This document shows, piece by piece, positions 62,235-62,480 of a stretch of DNA of 62,480 nucleotides. Made by a program: the position numbers and the translations under genes. Below the pieces are notes generated by a model. That model did not search any database. It was not told the DNA's origin and saw only the letters and a program-made list of their open reading frames with translations. How positions within the stretch are numbered: the first letter of the stretch is position 1; each line of letters starts with the position of its first letter. The DNA is from Candidatus Omnitrophota bacterium (lineage in GTDB: Bacteria; Omnitrophota; Gorgyraeia; Zapsychrales; JANLHA01): the NCBI GenBank assembly GCA_031423615.1, contig JANPFV010000041.1, positions 1 through 62,480 on the forward strand, in the 5' to 3' direction.

Positions 62235-62480
62235 ATGGTTAAATCAAATTGTATCAAAAAAGTCGTCGTATTATTCGCAGCGTTTGCCGCCATAGGGACA
62301 GCAATCTTCCCAACCTTGGCCCACGCTCAAACCCCGGTTGGCAGACCAATAATTCGAATCAACCCGATCACAACAGCTAAAGCAGCGATTGACAAATACT
62401 TTAGTGTTCTCTTAAGTGCCGGTGATTCCACAAAAGCAAAATACATGATGAATGCTGCCATAGCTCGGGTGACCTATCCT
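62235..62480 (+). CDS. exported protein of unknown function; the 3' end runs off the right edge of the window
   Basis: The ATG at 62235 is preceded by GGGAG. MVKSNCIKKVVVLFAAFAAIGTAIFPTLAHA looks like a signal peptide. The frame is open to the end of the window (82 codons). Confidence 0.6.
   Translation, partial: MVKSNCIKKVVVLFAAFAAIGTAIFPTLAHAQTPVGRPIIRINPITTAKAAIDKYFSVLLSAGDSTKAKYMMNAAIARVTYP

Overview
This 62.5-kb chromosomal window comes from a diderm (LPS-containing) bacterium. I cannot place it taxonomically without a database search. All family assignments rest on reading the supplied translations for motifs, not on any search.

About 75 genes are packed tightly, almost all on the minus strand, and many junctions are ATGA start/stop overlaps. 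Most of the content is housekeeping:
- Outer-membrane and lipid A cluster: bamA-skp-lpxD-lpxC/fabZ-lpxA-lpxI.
- Replication and ribosome cluster: dnaB-rplI-rpsR-ssb-rpsF, followed by pth-rplY-prs-glmU.
- tRNA-Gln, spoVG, ispE and hisG.
- Envelope chaperones, DNA repair genes (rmuC, dinB), an ABC-F ATPase and RNA-modification enzymes.
- A PAS hybrid histidine kinase/Hpt phosphorelay.
- A surface-glycan gene set, an Mla lipid-transport operon, and lipA-def-panD-trxA.

The one clearly accessory segment lies at about 33.9-40.1 kb and is visibly more AT-rich by eye (not computed). It is a tightly coupled operon of an XRE-type HTH gene, Type III mod, Type III res and an AlbA_2/Schlafen-like ATPase with a wHTH domain. 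It has its own consensus promoter with direct-repeat boxes. This is the best candidate for an unusual defence module.

Other points worth a second look:
- An in-frame TAA interrupts the essential dnaB gene exactly where a conserved Leu is expected.
- SpoVG carries an inserted zinc ribbon.
- An uncalled 33-aa, highly basic bS22-like ORF lies between hisG and a TPR gene.
- A 13-nt duplication of the tRNA-Gln 3' end brackets a perfect 26-bp palindrome.
- A thermonuclease gene remnant sits downstream of lpxI.
- S18 has a long Ser/Gly/Arg-rich N-terminal extension.

I saw no rRNA, CRISPR array, transposase or integrase.
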